64,000 bases of DNA. Source: Octopus sinensis. Taxonomy: Eukaryota. The stretch is taken from NCBI RefSeq assembly GCF_006345805.1, contig NC_042997.1, positions 16,802,001-16,866,000 of the forward strand, in the 5' to 3' direction. A model generated the notes under the pieces. That model was not told where the DNA came from. It worked only from the letters and a program-made list of their open reading frames with translations, and made no database searches. The position numbers and the translations under genes were made by a program. Within the stretch, counting starts at the first letter, position 1, and every line of letters starts with the position of its first letter. This document shows, piece after piece, positions 27,515 to 40,579 of the stretch.

Positions 27515-29268
27515 CTTTACACAGTTGCTTTATTTACTAGAAATAGCAGCAAGTTCACTCAAATCACACTAACTATCTTAAAATTGGAAGGACATATTGC
27601 ACAAAACCCACTGAGATACACAAAAAAATGAGGTGGTCATAAATGGAACACTTGTGGTCATAAGTCTGCACTATAAGGGCTAAACAATAGCAACAACTAG
27701 TATAACCAACATTATACTAGTTGGTTAAAATGGTGGTATTTCTCACTTGCAATATCTTTTGCATATTCTACTGGCAGAAGATACATTTTTTTTTACACTT
27801 CTGTGATTACTTCAGCACAACTTTACATGCCAAAAGATGGATTTTGATGAGACAAGCTTTGTGCTAATACAGAAACAACAAAAGTTAGGCTTCTTGATGA
27901 TGAGGATTACTATAGTTAAATCTTGTTTCTCTGGTTGATTACTGCTTTAAATGGATATAACTACAGCTTTGAGCCACTGTAACTGTCATAGCAGATAATC
28001 CTGCTTACAAATCAGTTAAAAGTAAAATATAGCAAAATTCTTCATAACATCTCTTAACATCTGAAATGAAGTAGCAAGTAATGCTTCAGGAAAAGCAGGA
28101 GGAAAAGGTGAAAAAAAAACAAAAATGGTAAGAGAAAAATTCATTTTTCCAATTCAAGGTTTTGCCCACTTTAAAGGTTTTGACATGCAAAGTTATCTTC
28201 TGATTTCTCTTTTTGTAACACAACAGTTTTTCCTCCAAATCACTCTTCTATTTTGGACAAATACTTCAACATATTTGACTGTTACTTAAAAATTTATTAT
28301 AGTTCATTTATGCAGTATTTATCTGGTTTCATTTTTTCATTTGATTTTTAAACTAAAAATGCGGAAGATTTCTTGGAGTGTTCAGAAAACTTAGTAGGTA
28401 GTAAAGGAGAAAAAAGAAAAAAAAAAAGCTCTGACTCTACACAAATTAATCACATTTTTCTTTCATTTTTATAATATATTTTCTCTGACAGCTGCAATTC
28501 TGGTAGTCAAGTGTTAAGCAAAAGTGTTATATTGCTATGATACCCAAGTGACTTCTTTGCCAATGCAAAGTAATATTTCACCAGAAGTCAGCAGAAGAAA
28601 TTAACTTGATAGATAGAGAGAAAAATAGGTGTAGAAGTTAGACACATGCACATACACACTTATATACATTTTTACATATATGCAAATGTGTGGGTGTGTG
28701 TATACATGCATAATGTGTATGCCAGCTTTACTATACTGTGTCTAAAATATGTAAATATATAGAAATGTGTAGTGGTAGAGAGGTGGTAGTAAAATGCATT
28801 GCAACAAAAATTTATGGAAAAGGAAGAAATATAGTTGTAAAAATTGCAAGAAAGGAAAAAAAGAAAAGTGAAATGAGAAGAGAAAAATGAGTATTATGGG
28901 ATATATATATAATGTGTGTATGTGTTAAAGAGAGAATCTGGATAATAGAAAATGCAGGGAAGCAGATTATGGAGAGGAAAAGGAAATTATAGATAGAGTG
29001 ATAGAGAGAGAGAGAGAGAGAAAGAAAGAGAGAGAAAGAAAGAGTATATCTTGGAAATAAGTACAGAGGGATTATTTAGGTAGCTAAAGAATAGAGGGAG
29101 GGGAGAGATAATATGAAATATCTAGAAACTGTATTGGAAATACAGAGAGCATTTAGGATAGATGGATAGAAAGAAAGATGTCACATTTTATATATACATG
29201 CATACATATATGTATAAAAGATGACATCATTGTCTCTATCCTTCTATCCTAAATTCTGTCTCTCCCTT

Positions 29269-29271
<3 letters not shown>

Positions 29272-29303
<32 letters not shown>

Positions 29304-29312
29304 CATCCCCCC

Positions 29313-29358
<46 letters not shown>

Positions 29359-29432
29359 GTATATATATATATATACATGTGCATGTTATATATATATATA
29401 TATATATAATATATATATACATATGCATGTTT

Positions 29433-29466
<34 letters not shown>

Positions 29467-29473
29467 GCATGTT

Positions 29474-29511
<38 letters not shown>

Positions 29512-29523
29512 CATATGCATGTT

Positions 29524-29557
<34 letters not shown>

Positions 29558-29566
29558 CATATGCAT

Positions 29567-29629
<63 letters not shown>

Positions 29630-29630
29630 T
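29272..29630. repeat. (TA)n array with higher-order unit containing catatgcatgttt
   Basis: The motif recurs four times at irregular 40-60 bp spacing within (TA)n. Confidence 0.9.
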
Positions 29631-30785
29631 AAATCTCAAGTGAGGGAGAACAGGATTTTTGAAAAATGCAATGATTAAGTCACACATGCACTCCCCCACA
29701 TACATGCACAGTATTTAAAAAAAAAAATTGAATATAATAATGTATATAAAAATAAGACAAAATAACAAAGAAGACCCCCAGAAAAATAATAATACCACTC
29801 CACCCCCACATCTTTCTGTCTTGGTATAATATAAGGTTGTAAAATGCTTTTCAAGTAGATATAAATTATTGAAGCTCTCTAAGGAAAAAAAAAATCTGAA
29901 AGTGCTGTAGACGTTCACGAAGAGAGTAGCTGACGGTTTCTGGCAAGTAAGTTATAAGGAATTAATGCTGCATAAGGTTTGAGGCTGTACAAGTTAGACA
30001 TTTTATTCTTGCAGAAGAACTCTCACAAAACTTGGTGTGTGTGTTGTTGATCAATGGAGATATCTCTTCATTCATTCTTTGCACTCTTGGATTGTGTATG
30101 TTCAAAGGGTGTGTACATGCATATATGTGTGTGTGAGTGTTTGTTTGTGTGTATGTATGTGAGCGCATGTGTGTGTGTGTACGTGTGTATATATGTATGT
30201 GAGTGTGTATCTGTGAATATGTTTATCAATGAAGAAAGCCCTGTGTTTTTAACATAGATGTCTCTGATAAATTTTCTCTGTGACAAAATATTACACCCAG
30301 TGCCATTCCGCATTTGCATATAAAGTTTAAATATTATACACTGTGGTATATGCCTATATATATATATGTACACACACACACACACACGAACACGCACACA
30401 AGTTGTGTGTGTATGACTATTTGTGTTTGTACATATGCATGTGTGCCTTGTATATATGTATGTGTCTATGTGTACAATGTATATGTAGGTTGTTGGGAAG
30501 TTCACTTCAAAATTATGAGGTTCTGGGTTCAGTTCCACTTTGTGTAATCCTGGGCAAGTGTTTTTAAACATAGTGTGGAACTTAACCATATGAATTGTCT
30601 CTTTTTCTATCCCTGTTTTCTCTCCACCACCTTAACACCCTCTAATCCCTCACTTTCTGGCATACACACATGACTCCCTTATTTTCCTTTCCTTCAGTGA
30701 GTCTCTCTAGATTCTCATCTCACTCACCTATATTCTCTCTTTCCTGTTCCCTTCTCAAGCATTCTATACATACATGCCCTTATAA

Positions 30786-31107
30786 CAGTGGTCCCCAAAT
30801 GGGTTATTTGTGGTCCATATAAAATTGTTTTTGGATGGGGAGAAGGATGGTCCACACAAGCAAAATAGTAAATTGGGTCATGAAAAAATATTTTGCTTTA
30901 GATGTTTTTATTGATAGAAACTGGTTTCTTTCTCTGATGTTTTTTACATAGTTCAACCTACACAAGTGAATGTGTGATAAACAAAACAGAAATTTTGAAA
31001 AAAGCCTCAATAAAACTAATTTTTAAACATCAAATGGCTATGGGGATCCCCAAGAGTAAAATAATAATCAAAAGGATCCATCGATAAAAAATGATTGAGA
31101 ACCACTG
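30786..31107. mobile_element. hAT-type MITE (322 bp)
   Basis: TIRs cagtggtccccaa / ttgagaaccactg; imperfect 8-bp TSD ccttataa / ttttataa with central TA. Confidence 0.8.
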
Positions 31108-32299
31108 TTTTATAATGGGGTAGTCCTGAACCCTGCTACATAACTCATTTCAGCACTGTTATCTCTCTGCCCTTCATTTTCTCACAAGCCATTTATCAGT
31201 TCCTTTCCTCTCCCCTGTCTCTTCCATATTTCCTCGCCCATTAGTGAATACTCTATTACTCTTTCCACTATCATCCTCTCACAGTTATAAATCTCTTCAT
31301 TTCAGCATACTTCACCTTTCTCATCACATTGCCTAAAATCTTTACATTCTTTTTTCTACTCTTCTTGAGTTTTAGGGGGACCTTCAGGTTCATTAGTCCT
31401 GTGAATTGCCGTGCAACTTCACTAGAATTGCTTACACAAAATCGTCCATAACACATTGTAATGTAGCTGGTATCAGGAATGGCATTCGGCCATAGAAATC
31501 ATGTCAAAACAGACATTAGAGAACATCAGAGTCCTCCAGCTTGTCAGATATGACTGAATAATCCAACTCATGCCACCATAGAGAGTTGATATTACATGAT
31601 AATGATGTTAATAATGATGGTGATGATAATGATAATGGTGATGATGATGATGATGCTGATATGATGTCTATAACTGTGGCATATATATAAATACATGTGT
31701 GTGTGCATATTGTATATGTATGTATGCATATATATATATATATATATATATGAAGGAGAGGGAAAGAGAGAAAGAGAGATGTTGAGCAAAGTATATAAAA
31801 TATTTATATGAGCATGAATGCAAATATAGTTATTCATGCAAACATACAAACCTACATTTATAAGTATACATATTAGTATACAAACAGATGCAATGAGATT
31901 ATGGAAAGTGGGTGTAGCACTGTGTTTAAAAAAGTAAATGCCGAAAAATATACCAAAAAACAACCAAAAAGGAAAGCAAAGGAATTCTTTGCATTATCTA
32001 AGAGCTATAAATAAATAAGATTTCCATTTGTTATCATCAAACTCAACATAAATAGGAATTCAACAGGATTTGGAAGCACTTGTAAATTATGAGAAGATAA
32101 TCAGTAATCTGGGCTGCAAATAACCATTGCAAGATTGTGAAATAAGTGTTATATTGATGCTGTTGGCAAAATCTGGATTGAATGTGAACACACACACACA
32201 CACACATCTTTGCTTGCCTATTGGTATGAATATATGTATGTGAATATATATATCTATATGTGTGTGTGTATGTGTATACATATATGTGTATGATGATGA

Positions 32300-32379
32300 T
32301 GATGATGATGATGTGTATATATTATATATAAATATGTACGTATACGTACACATACACACAGACACGAACATACATATAT

Positions 32380-32415
<36 letters not shown>

Positions 32416-32448
32416 ATATATATATATATATATACACATACATATACA

Positions 32449-32493
<45 letters not shown>

Positions 32494-32494
32494 G

Positions 32495-32525
<31 letters not shown>

Positions 32526-32860
32526 ATATATATATGCATATATTTGTATATATATATACATACACATACTTATCTGTGTGTTTGTCTACATGTATGAATG
32601 TGTGTGTTTATATATGTGCATGCATATATGTATCTATTTATTTTTAAAATCAGTCTGACTGCAACTTCGAAGTTTCACTAAAGTGGCCTATATAGATATA
32701 TTTGTATGCATATGTTTCCATATTGATATTTATTTATATATACTTCTATGTGTGTGTGTTTACACACACACACACACACATATATACATACCCATACACA
32801 CAACACACACACACACATATATATATATATACATACCCATACACACACATGTATGTATGT
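32300..32860. repeat. Compound (TGA)n/(TATC)n/(TA)n/(CA)n microsatellites
   Basis: Directly visible. Confidence 0.9.
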
Positions 32861-33633
32861 ACAGTGTCTATGTTATTTAGCATGACTGATACAATTACAA
32901 TTTTTCGTAGTTTGGGTTATTATGGAAAAATGTCTTTCCACAAGATATAGCAGTAACACTCTATTATTATTATTATTATTTGTTTATTTTTAATGGAAGT
33001 AAATAAAAGAAATATTATAAAAAACATATGAATCATAAAAGCAAAGTAAAATATATATATAAAAAAGGAAGATTTGCATGCAAACCCATATAAACATCTA
33101 ACATCAAATCCCATGCGCCAGAAGCAAAATGATTATTATAATGATAATGATAACGATAATGATGATGATCATCATCTTCAATCATCATTGCTACTCTTCC
33201 CTTCAGCTCCACTTCATCATCATCATCATCATCATTGTCCTCCCCACCATTATCATAATTCTCTTCTTCCTCATCATTACCACTGCCATAGCCACCATTA
33301 ATAATATATTTCAAAGAATTATTTTTTATCTTAGAAGTCTGATTGGAAGTAACTAGAGGTGTGACAAAATAAGTAAATATCACAAAATAAAATAAAATAT
33401 TCAAAACAAAGTACATAAATTTCTTTTATTGGTATCAGTCTTTGGTCTGTGGCCATGCTGAGCTACTGCTGTCAAGTGTATAGATGAATATATCAGCACC
33501 TATCTCCTAGTACTTTATCAATTTTAGAAGGATGAAAATAAAAGTTGACTGCAGTAGGGCTTGGACTCAGAATGTAAAGGGAAGTATGATACTCTACCAG
33601 TTTGCTAATGACTATGTTAATTTATATATTATA

Positions 33634-34030
33634 CTAGCAGTATCGCCCGGCATTGCTCGGGTTTGTAAGGGAAATAACTATATAAGCATTTTTAGAGTTA
33701 TAGCCAAAAAATAGCAAAAAAATGCATTAAAAAATGGAAAAAAAATTATGGTAAATTTTTTTTTAAATCGTTGACTCATCGTAGACATTTTTAGAGAGTT
33801 ACTTCCCTTATATAATAGCGAAAAAATGCATTAAAATGGAAAAAAATGATGGTAAATTTTTTTTTAAATCGTAGACTCATTGTAGACGCGTGCTAATACC
33901 CAGAAGGGCTCGATATGAATCACGACTATAAGATACCCGGTTTTGGTTAAACTGCACTGCAAAATGTGGGAGTAGTTAGGAATCTAAATCGTAGGAGACA
34001 GACACACAACTTGACTTTTATATATAAAGA
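33634..34030 (-). mobile_element. Non-autonomous Helitron (397 bp)
   Basis: Minus strand starts 5'-TC (tctttatatataaaag) and ends CTAG. It has a GC-rich subterminal hairpin cccggcattgctcggg (33646-33661), lies between A and T with no TSD, and carries an internal tandem duplication. Confidence 0.85.
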
Positions 34031-34364
34031 TATAAAATGTGCAACTGTCACTTGTGGTTGAATGCGATTTTGTATTAGCATATACTATGCTTTTACTTTA
34101 TATTACAGGTGTCCTTAGAGTAGATATAGAGCTTTGATTCTTTGACTCTTAACTAAATGGAACATCCAATACAGCCAGAAAGAGACTCAGAGAAGGGTGG
34201 CATCAACACTTGGCAGGTATTTTATTTATTGACTCCTAAAAATGAAAAGTAAGAGTGATCATCAAGTTGACCATTAAGTAAAGGGGACTGAAGCAAACAT
34301 TACAATACATTTTATCTGAAATGCTAACAATACTGTCAGTTCTCTGCTTTATAATCATTCATTC

Positions 34365-34803
34365 TTTTTTATGTCTGTTTTTCCATGCTAGCAGTGGTTG
34401 GATGAATATTTATTATTGAGGTATTGTTTTACAGCCAGATATCCCTACCTGCTGTTAAGTTTTATTGTTCAAGTAAGGAATCTCATATTTCACATGTCTT
34501 TGAAAGCAAGGAGCCAGCAAACCACTATTGACAGGGAAATGATTGAGCTTTGTAGCTCAGTGCTTTTTCTTGCCAAGCGTGCAGGATGTAAACACTCACA
34601 TATACACACATGTATGCATATGCATACACGCACATGTATATACAATAGATTTCATACAGTTTCAGTCTACCATGTTCACTCACAAAGCAATGGTTGGCCC
34701 AGGTCTATGGTAGAAAACACTTACCCAAGGTCATATGAAGTAGGACTGAACCTGAAATCTTATTATTGAGAATCAATCTTCTTAACTGGACAGCTATGCC
34801 TGC
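34365..34803 (-). mobile_element. Decayed tRNA-headed SINE with RTE-like tail
   Basis: Colinear with 22607-23083. Confidence 0.6.
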
Positions 34804-35020
34804 TCTTCACCATGCAGTGGACTAAATATTAAACCATGTAGTTAAGAAACAAACTTCTATATATTTTATATATAAATCAATAAATTTTATCAAACTAATA
34901 AACAAAAGTCATGAAATTCTTTCTTTGCAAAAGTTAAATATCTCCCTGACAATTATCATCTCTACCACCATCATCATAGAGCAGAAATAGTGGATGTTGG
35001 AATATTAATGTTTTGTAATG

Positions 35021-36185
35021 ATGGACACATGACAGGTGCAGCGATATCAGAGGAAGGTTAGTTTTTGTATGTGGAAAGTGCACAGGTTTAATGAACACCA
35101 AAAATGTACAGAAAAGAGATTCCATCACATGCCAGTGGGGAAAACTAGAAGTAGTTGATAGCTTCCGTTACCTAGGTGACCAAGTCAATAGCAGAGGTGG
35201 ATGATTTGAGAGTATAGCTGCTAGAATAAGAATAGGCTAGGCTTCTACCTCTGGTGGTAACAAAGGACTTCAGAGTGAAAGGCAGACTGTATGATGCCTG
35301 CAAACAGTCATGCTACATGACCAATGACTGCTGAGCACATGTATAGGCTTGTAAGAAATGAAGCTAGTATGCTCCGCTGGATGTGCAGTGTTAGTGTGCA
35401 TGGTCGACAGAGTGTAAGTGTCCTGAGAGAAAGGTTGGACATAAGAAGCATCAGATGTGGTGTGCAAGAGAGACGACTGCACTGGTGTGGTCATGTGATG
35501 TGTTTGGATGAGGACAGCTGCATGAAGAAGTGCTGCACTCTAACAGTAGAGGGAACCTGTAAAAGAAGTAGACTCAGGAAGACATGGGATGAGGTGGTGA
35601 AGTACAATCTTCGAATGTTGGGCCTCATGGAGGCAATAACAAGTGACCAAGACCTTTGAAGATATGCCATGCTTGAGAAGACCAATCAAGTCAAGTGAGA
35701 TTATAATCGTGCCCATGTCATGTAACTGGCTCATTAAAAGCATCCTTCAATTGTTGGCCGATATGCTGTGCTTGTGAAGATCTGTGAAACTGAGTGAAAT
35801 TGTAGCCATGGCTGATGCCAGTGCTGTTTGACTGGCACTCATGCTAGTGGTACATAAAAAGGACTGTTCAAGTGTTGGGCCTCATGGAGGCAGTGACAGG
35901 TGACCAAGACCATTGGTGATATACCATGCTTGTGTAGACCTGTCAAGCCAAGTGAGACCATAGCTGTGGCCGATGCTGGTGTCAAGTCAATGGTACCTGT
36001 ACCAGTGGCAAGTTAAAAACACCCACTGCACATTCAGAGTGGTTGGCATAAGGAAGTGTGTCCAAATGTAGAATTTTTGCCAAATCAGATTGGAACCTGG
36101 TGCAGCTCCTTGGCTTACCAGTTTTCAGTCAAACCATCTAACCCATGCCAGCATCGAAAGCAGATGTTAAATGATGATGATGATG
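35021..36185 (+). mobile_element. Second 5'-truncated copy of the same RTE LINE family
   Basis: WTHDRCSDIRGRLVFVCGKCTG..KLEVVDSFRYLGDQV and RNEASMLRWMC..RKTWDEVV; the 3' UTR and (GAT)n tail match 10000-11233. Confidence 0.9.
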
Positions 36186-36586
36186 TAAAATTTAGTTTAA
36201 CCTCTACACTTTGAGTTCAGATGCTGCCAAGCTTGACTTTAATTTTCATTCTTCTGGATGTCCTCCAGAAGGAGTACATACTGGGATGAATTAATTTGAC
36301 TTGAATTCAGTTCTGTAGTAAATGAGTGACTTTATATCAAATCAAGATATCTTCAATAGCAGCCAATCCTTTATCTAATAATCACTTAGAAAGAGGAAGT
36401 TGAAGGTAGAAAGAGAGTAAATGAGGATGGTGAGTACAGTCCTGCCAGTTGCTTTTGGTAGTCAATGTATTCTTGGTTTTGTGTGATTTCTTGATTAGTC
36501 CTAGATGACTACTCCCTTATTGGGATCTTTCATTTTATTCTTTTGTATTTTGTTGTTTTTAATGCCTGTTTTTTTTTTTGTAATTA

Positions 36587-36989
36587 GTAGTTAAGAAACT
36601 TACTTTTGACAATGTGTGATCTTGGGTTCAATCTCACTGTGAGGCACTTTGGGCAAGTGTCTTCTACTATAGCTTAGGTCAACCAAGTGAGTGGGTGTAG
36701 TAGACAGAAATTGGAAGAAGCTTGCCATATACATATATATGAATATGTGGGGGTGTGTACACTTGTCTAGACATCATGTGAGATTGTAAATGAGTATCAT
36801 TGTCATACAAACAAAATTGTTTTTCCCCAGTCTACTGAGAAAAACATATCTAGCTTTTGGGAAATATCATATCACTTGGAAACAGGTGAGGGTTGGTGAC
36901 AAGGACTTCCATCTGTAGAAAGTCTATTTCAAAGAATTTTGCCTGACCCATACAAGCATGGAAGTATAGACATTAAGTGATGATGATGA
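36587..36989 (+). mobile_element. tRNA-headed SINE with RTE-like tail
   Basis: gggttcaatctcactg..gggcaagtgtcttctactatagc head; gagggttggtgacaagg..catacaagcatggaa..ttaagtgatgatgatg tail. Confidence 0.75.
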
Positions 36990-38254
36990 ATTCTGCATAA
37001 ATTTCTTATCATTTTTGTAAATTATCCTTGAAATGTTTTCTTTTATGTCATGCTTGAGGCAAATAAAGAAAGTATTTACATAAAAAGAAAATGGAAACCA
37101 TTATTATTGTTGTTGATGTTACAATTCTTGTTGTCCAAATCCTACTGAAACTAACTTTGTCTTTCATCCTTCTGAGATCAATGAATGTACCTATCAAGCA
37201 CTGGAGGAACTGAAGACGACTTCAAAATGTTTGGCCTGGTGCCAATGTTTGAAACCATTATTATTATCATTATGATTTGAATAAAAATGTGGTTATTGAT
37301 CATATTGTTTGTTTTATGTTGTTTGGTAACGTTTCAGACGGATGCTGTTTGAACTTCTCAGTGAGGCCACCTCTCACAAGTACATTCTGACATGATGTGT
37401 TAGGATTTGTGTTTAAGTTCTTAATGTTGTTATTATTGTTTAACCTGGGGTCAACTCTGATCAAGCAGACCTATGATGAAAGACATTCCAGTCAAGACCA
37501 GCCTTTATTTTTGGGGATATTTATGATTACATTATCTAATGTTTCTTTTCTTTATTTAAGACTGTTGGACAGGTGTGATTTGAGGGAGATTTGGTTACTA
37601 TTACTATTTCTATTAGGTTATGTGTCTACCTACATACTCTCTCACTGGCTCATTAAGGTACAGTTCATGATAACATGTACTGCATGTGTGATCATATTTT
37701 GTATGAGCTATCATCAACGACTCTAATTCAGCCAAGTCATTTTCCTTTTTTATTTTAGATAGTGATGGCAAAAGATGATTGTCTTCTAATGATTTTTCTA
37801 AATATTTTAATGATATAGTTTATTTGAAAGTATCCGAAGTAATGGTTTCAATGCAAAAAAAAAAAAACAGCCCAAAATGATAGTTAGTATCTATAGAAAC
37901 TAGTCAGTGTCTACATCGGCTAAAAGCAGTCAATATAATTTGTAAAACAATTTTGTGTAGCACAAGGAAATTCTTCAGTGAAGGCCACCTGCCCAAAACA
38001 TTTACTTCTCCTTATGACATGTGTACATCGTCTATTTTACAGATTTAATGGCCACAGTAGGTTCCAAGTTAAATTAGCACTTACTACTATCCCACTTCTG
38101 TGCTAATTGCTCATTAATTCAAATTAATTTGTTCACTTTTCCACTGATTGTTCTTTTGTCGTTAATGGCAGTGTTGTCATCAACATCAGTATTAGTGCCA
38201 TTCTCATCAATATCATTGTTGATAACACCAGCATTGTTTGTATTGGTGTCATTG

Positions 38255-38790
38255 TAATCATCATTAATTTTACATCCATTTTCCACGCTTGTATGGACTG
38301 GATGGGCCTACTCCAATATAGCATGCTACCATTTATTGCATTTCTTTATTATTTTCTTTTGTAAGGGTCAACATTCTGAGATTAGTTTTCACTACATCAG
38401 TCCCATGCCCTCTTAGGTCTTCCTCCTTTACAGTTTTGTTCCACTTGAATCTCCTAGTTCTTCTTTTTCATCCTCCATACACATCACATGTCCTTACCAA
38501 CACAGTTGTCTCTCTTGCACATTACATCTGATTACATTTGATTCCTTTTACCCCCACTTTATCTCTCATCTCATCATGCACACTAAAATTACACATCCAG
38601 GTGAATATGCTTTCTTCATTTCTCTTCAGATTGTGCATTCAGCGTCTGCAGTCCACTACCATTCAACATTGCATGACATATATAAATGACATATAAGCTG
38701 CCCTTCATACAAAGAGAGAATTTACTTGCAGGTAACACAGGTGCTAGCTTCCTGAACTTTCTCCATCCTGTTCACATTCTGGTACTATTT
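38255..38790 (-). mobile_element. Older RTE LINE 3' fragment
   Basis: The reverse complement contains degenerate GRPKR.W, GHVMCMED and KFRKL motifs, and the tttacatccattttccacgc terminus. Confidence 0.6.
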
Positions 38791-39649
38791 ATTAAAAACA
38801 CAATTCAAATGTGAGATTCACTTCTCTTGACCATAGAAAATCTAGAGGAATATAAACTTTTAAGTTCTGTGACTAAAAACTTAATATTTTTCTTGTTTAA
38901 AATTCCCAAATCATTGTGTTCAAGATTTCAGATGCAGTCTCATTCAATGAATTGGTGTTTTTAAGAGACTTCAGTAATTAAAGGAATTTTATATGATCAT
39001 ATATCAATGATATTTGAATATTGAAGAGAGGATAAGCCGATCATTTTTGTAAGGGACAAAAAAATAAAAAATAAAATACCCAACCAAAAAAAAAGACCAG
39101 GCAGAGTTTATATTTTCAGACTTTGGAATATTTGTATTCCTATTCTGTCTTCTGACATGATTTCAATTGTAGTTTTTGGAGTATGTTCCTGATGTTTAAG
39201 GTTGAATGCAGGGAGCCTTTTCTAGTAAAATGGGACTCAATTTCAGATATTGATTTATTTTATAGGCAAACATGAAGATTTTGGTCCTAGAATATTGTCA
39301 TCCATACAATGATAGCATATTTTGGAAGATTTCAAATGGGCTTTGGTTTGTGTGTATTTTGTAGTGTATAGCTGCAGAAACAAATGACTAATGTAGGTTG
39401 CAATTGGTAAGTGTTCCAATAGCTTCAACCACACCAGATGCCATGATTATTGATAACAGTTTTATTGACTTAGCTCAGGTTGCTGCAGGATTCATATAGC
39501 ATAGACAGGTAGACTCATGTGGCATGACTTGTGTGCTTTGTTTGTAGCAGTTGTTTTCTCTCCTATGAATAGCTTGTTTGCTTTTTACATAGCATTCCAA
39601 CCTACTGTACAGTCCTATTATTGATTATAGATTTGAAATATTCAGTTCC

Positions 39650-40165
39650 TAATAGTTTGATATTTATGGTGATATCTAGATATTCAAGTACTGTTTTTCA
39701 TGGATAGTTTGCAATTCACAGAATACAATTGAAATTTTGGACTGTTTTACTTTTATTGATACCATCACTTGGTGCTTGGCTCAATTTCCACCTTCCAATA
39801 AAATCCTGTCCAAATCAGCTTTGCTAATATCTTTCAAAAAACATTAAAGATGTTCTCTTAATGCACTGGTCTCCTTATTAGACACCATATGTGAATCTTA
39901 TCCTAAAATCAAAGCTTTTTGCTTCTTTGTATGGGAAAGCACTCATCCAATTTCTGAATTTTTCTTTGTGATTTCTAAAAGCAAAAGCCTTACTAAATCA
40001 CATATGGAAATTGGATCAAATGCTTTGGAATAGTCAATATGTATTATGCTATCTTATTGAATTTGTGAAACATTTCAAACCAGCCGTTCCTATAGCTAAG
40101 GAGGTGTTTCATGCAATCTACTTGTTAAACAATATTCTCTTCCTTTGCAAACCATTATGTGGATA
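39650..40165 (-). mobile_element. Highly decayed non-LTR reverse transcriptase fragment
   Basis: Minus strand 40012-40048 reads IIHIDYSKAFDP (IDFSKAFD motif); LEYLDIT near 39680 resembles KYLGI. Boundaries are uncertain. Confidence 0.45.
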
Positions 40166-40542
40166 CCAGAAGTTCATCTTTGATGATTGGCTCTAACACT
40201 GTGCACTAGACAATATTTTGAACAATATTTTTAACATTTCTTGTACAATTCAATTAAAAATTATTGTAAGTTTAGTACCTTTCTTTAATGGCTTATTGTA
40301 AAGATAGTAAGAAAGTGAACAACAGGTAATTTACACAGTAAGGCATAATAAAACAAAGTAAACAGTTAAAAAGAAGCACAGGCAATTTCCGAAACTGAAA
40401 ATTAAATTTAATTAGCTTACTTAATAATGACCTAATATTTGCATTAAATATATTGAGTTGGTATGGAGAATATTATTCTCTATAATTTCTATTTATTTCT
40501 GCAAGTTTTTCAAACAGGTAGCATCAGTCTTGTGAGAAGTTC

Positions 40543-40579
<37 letters not shown>

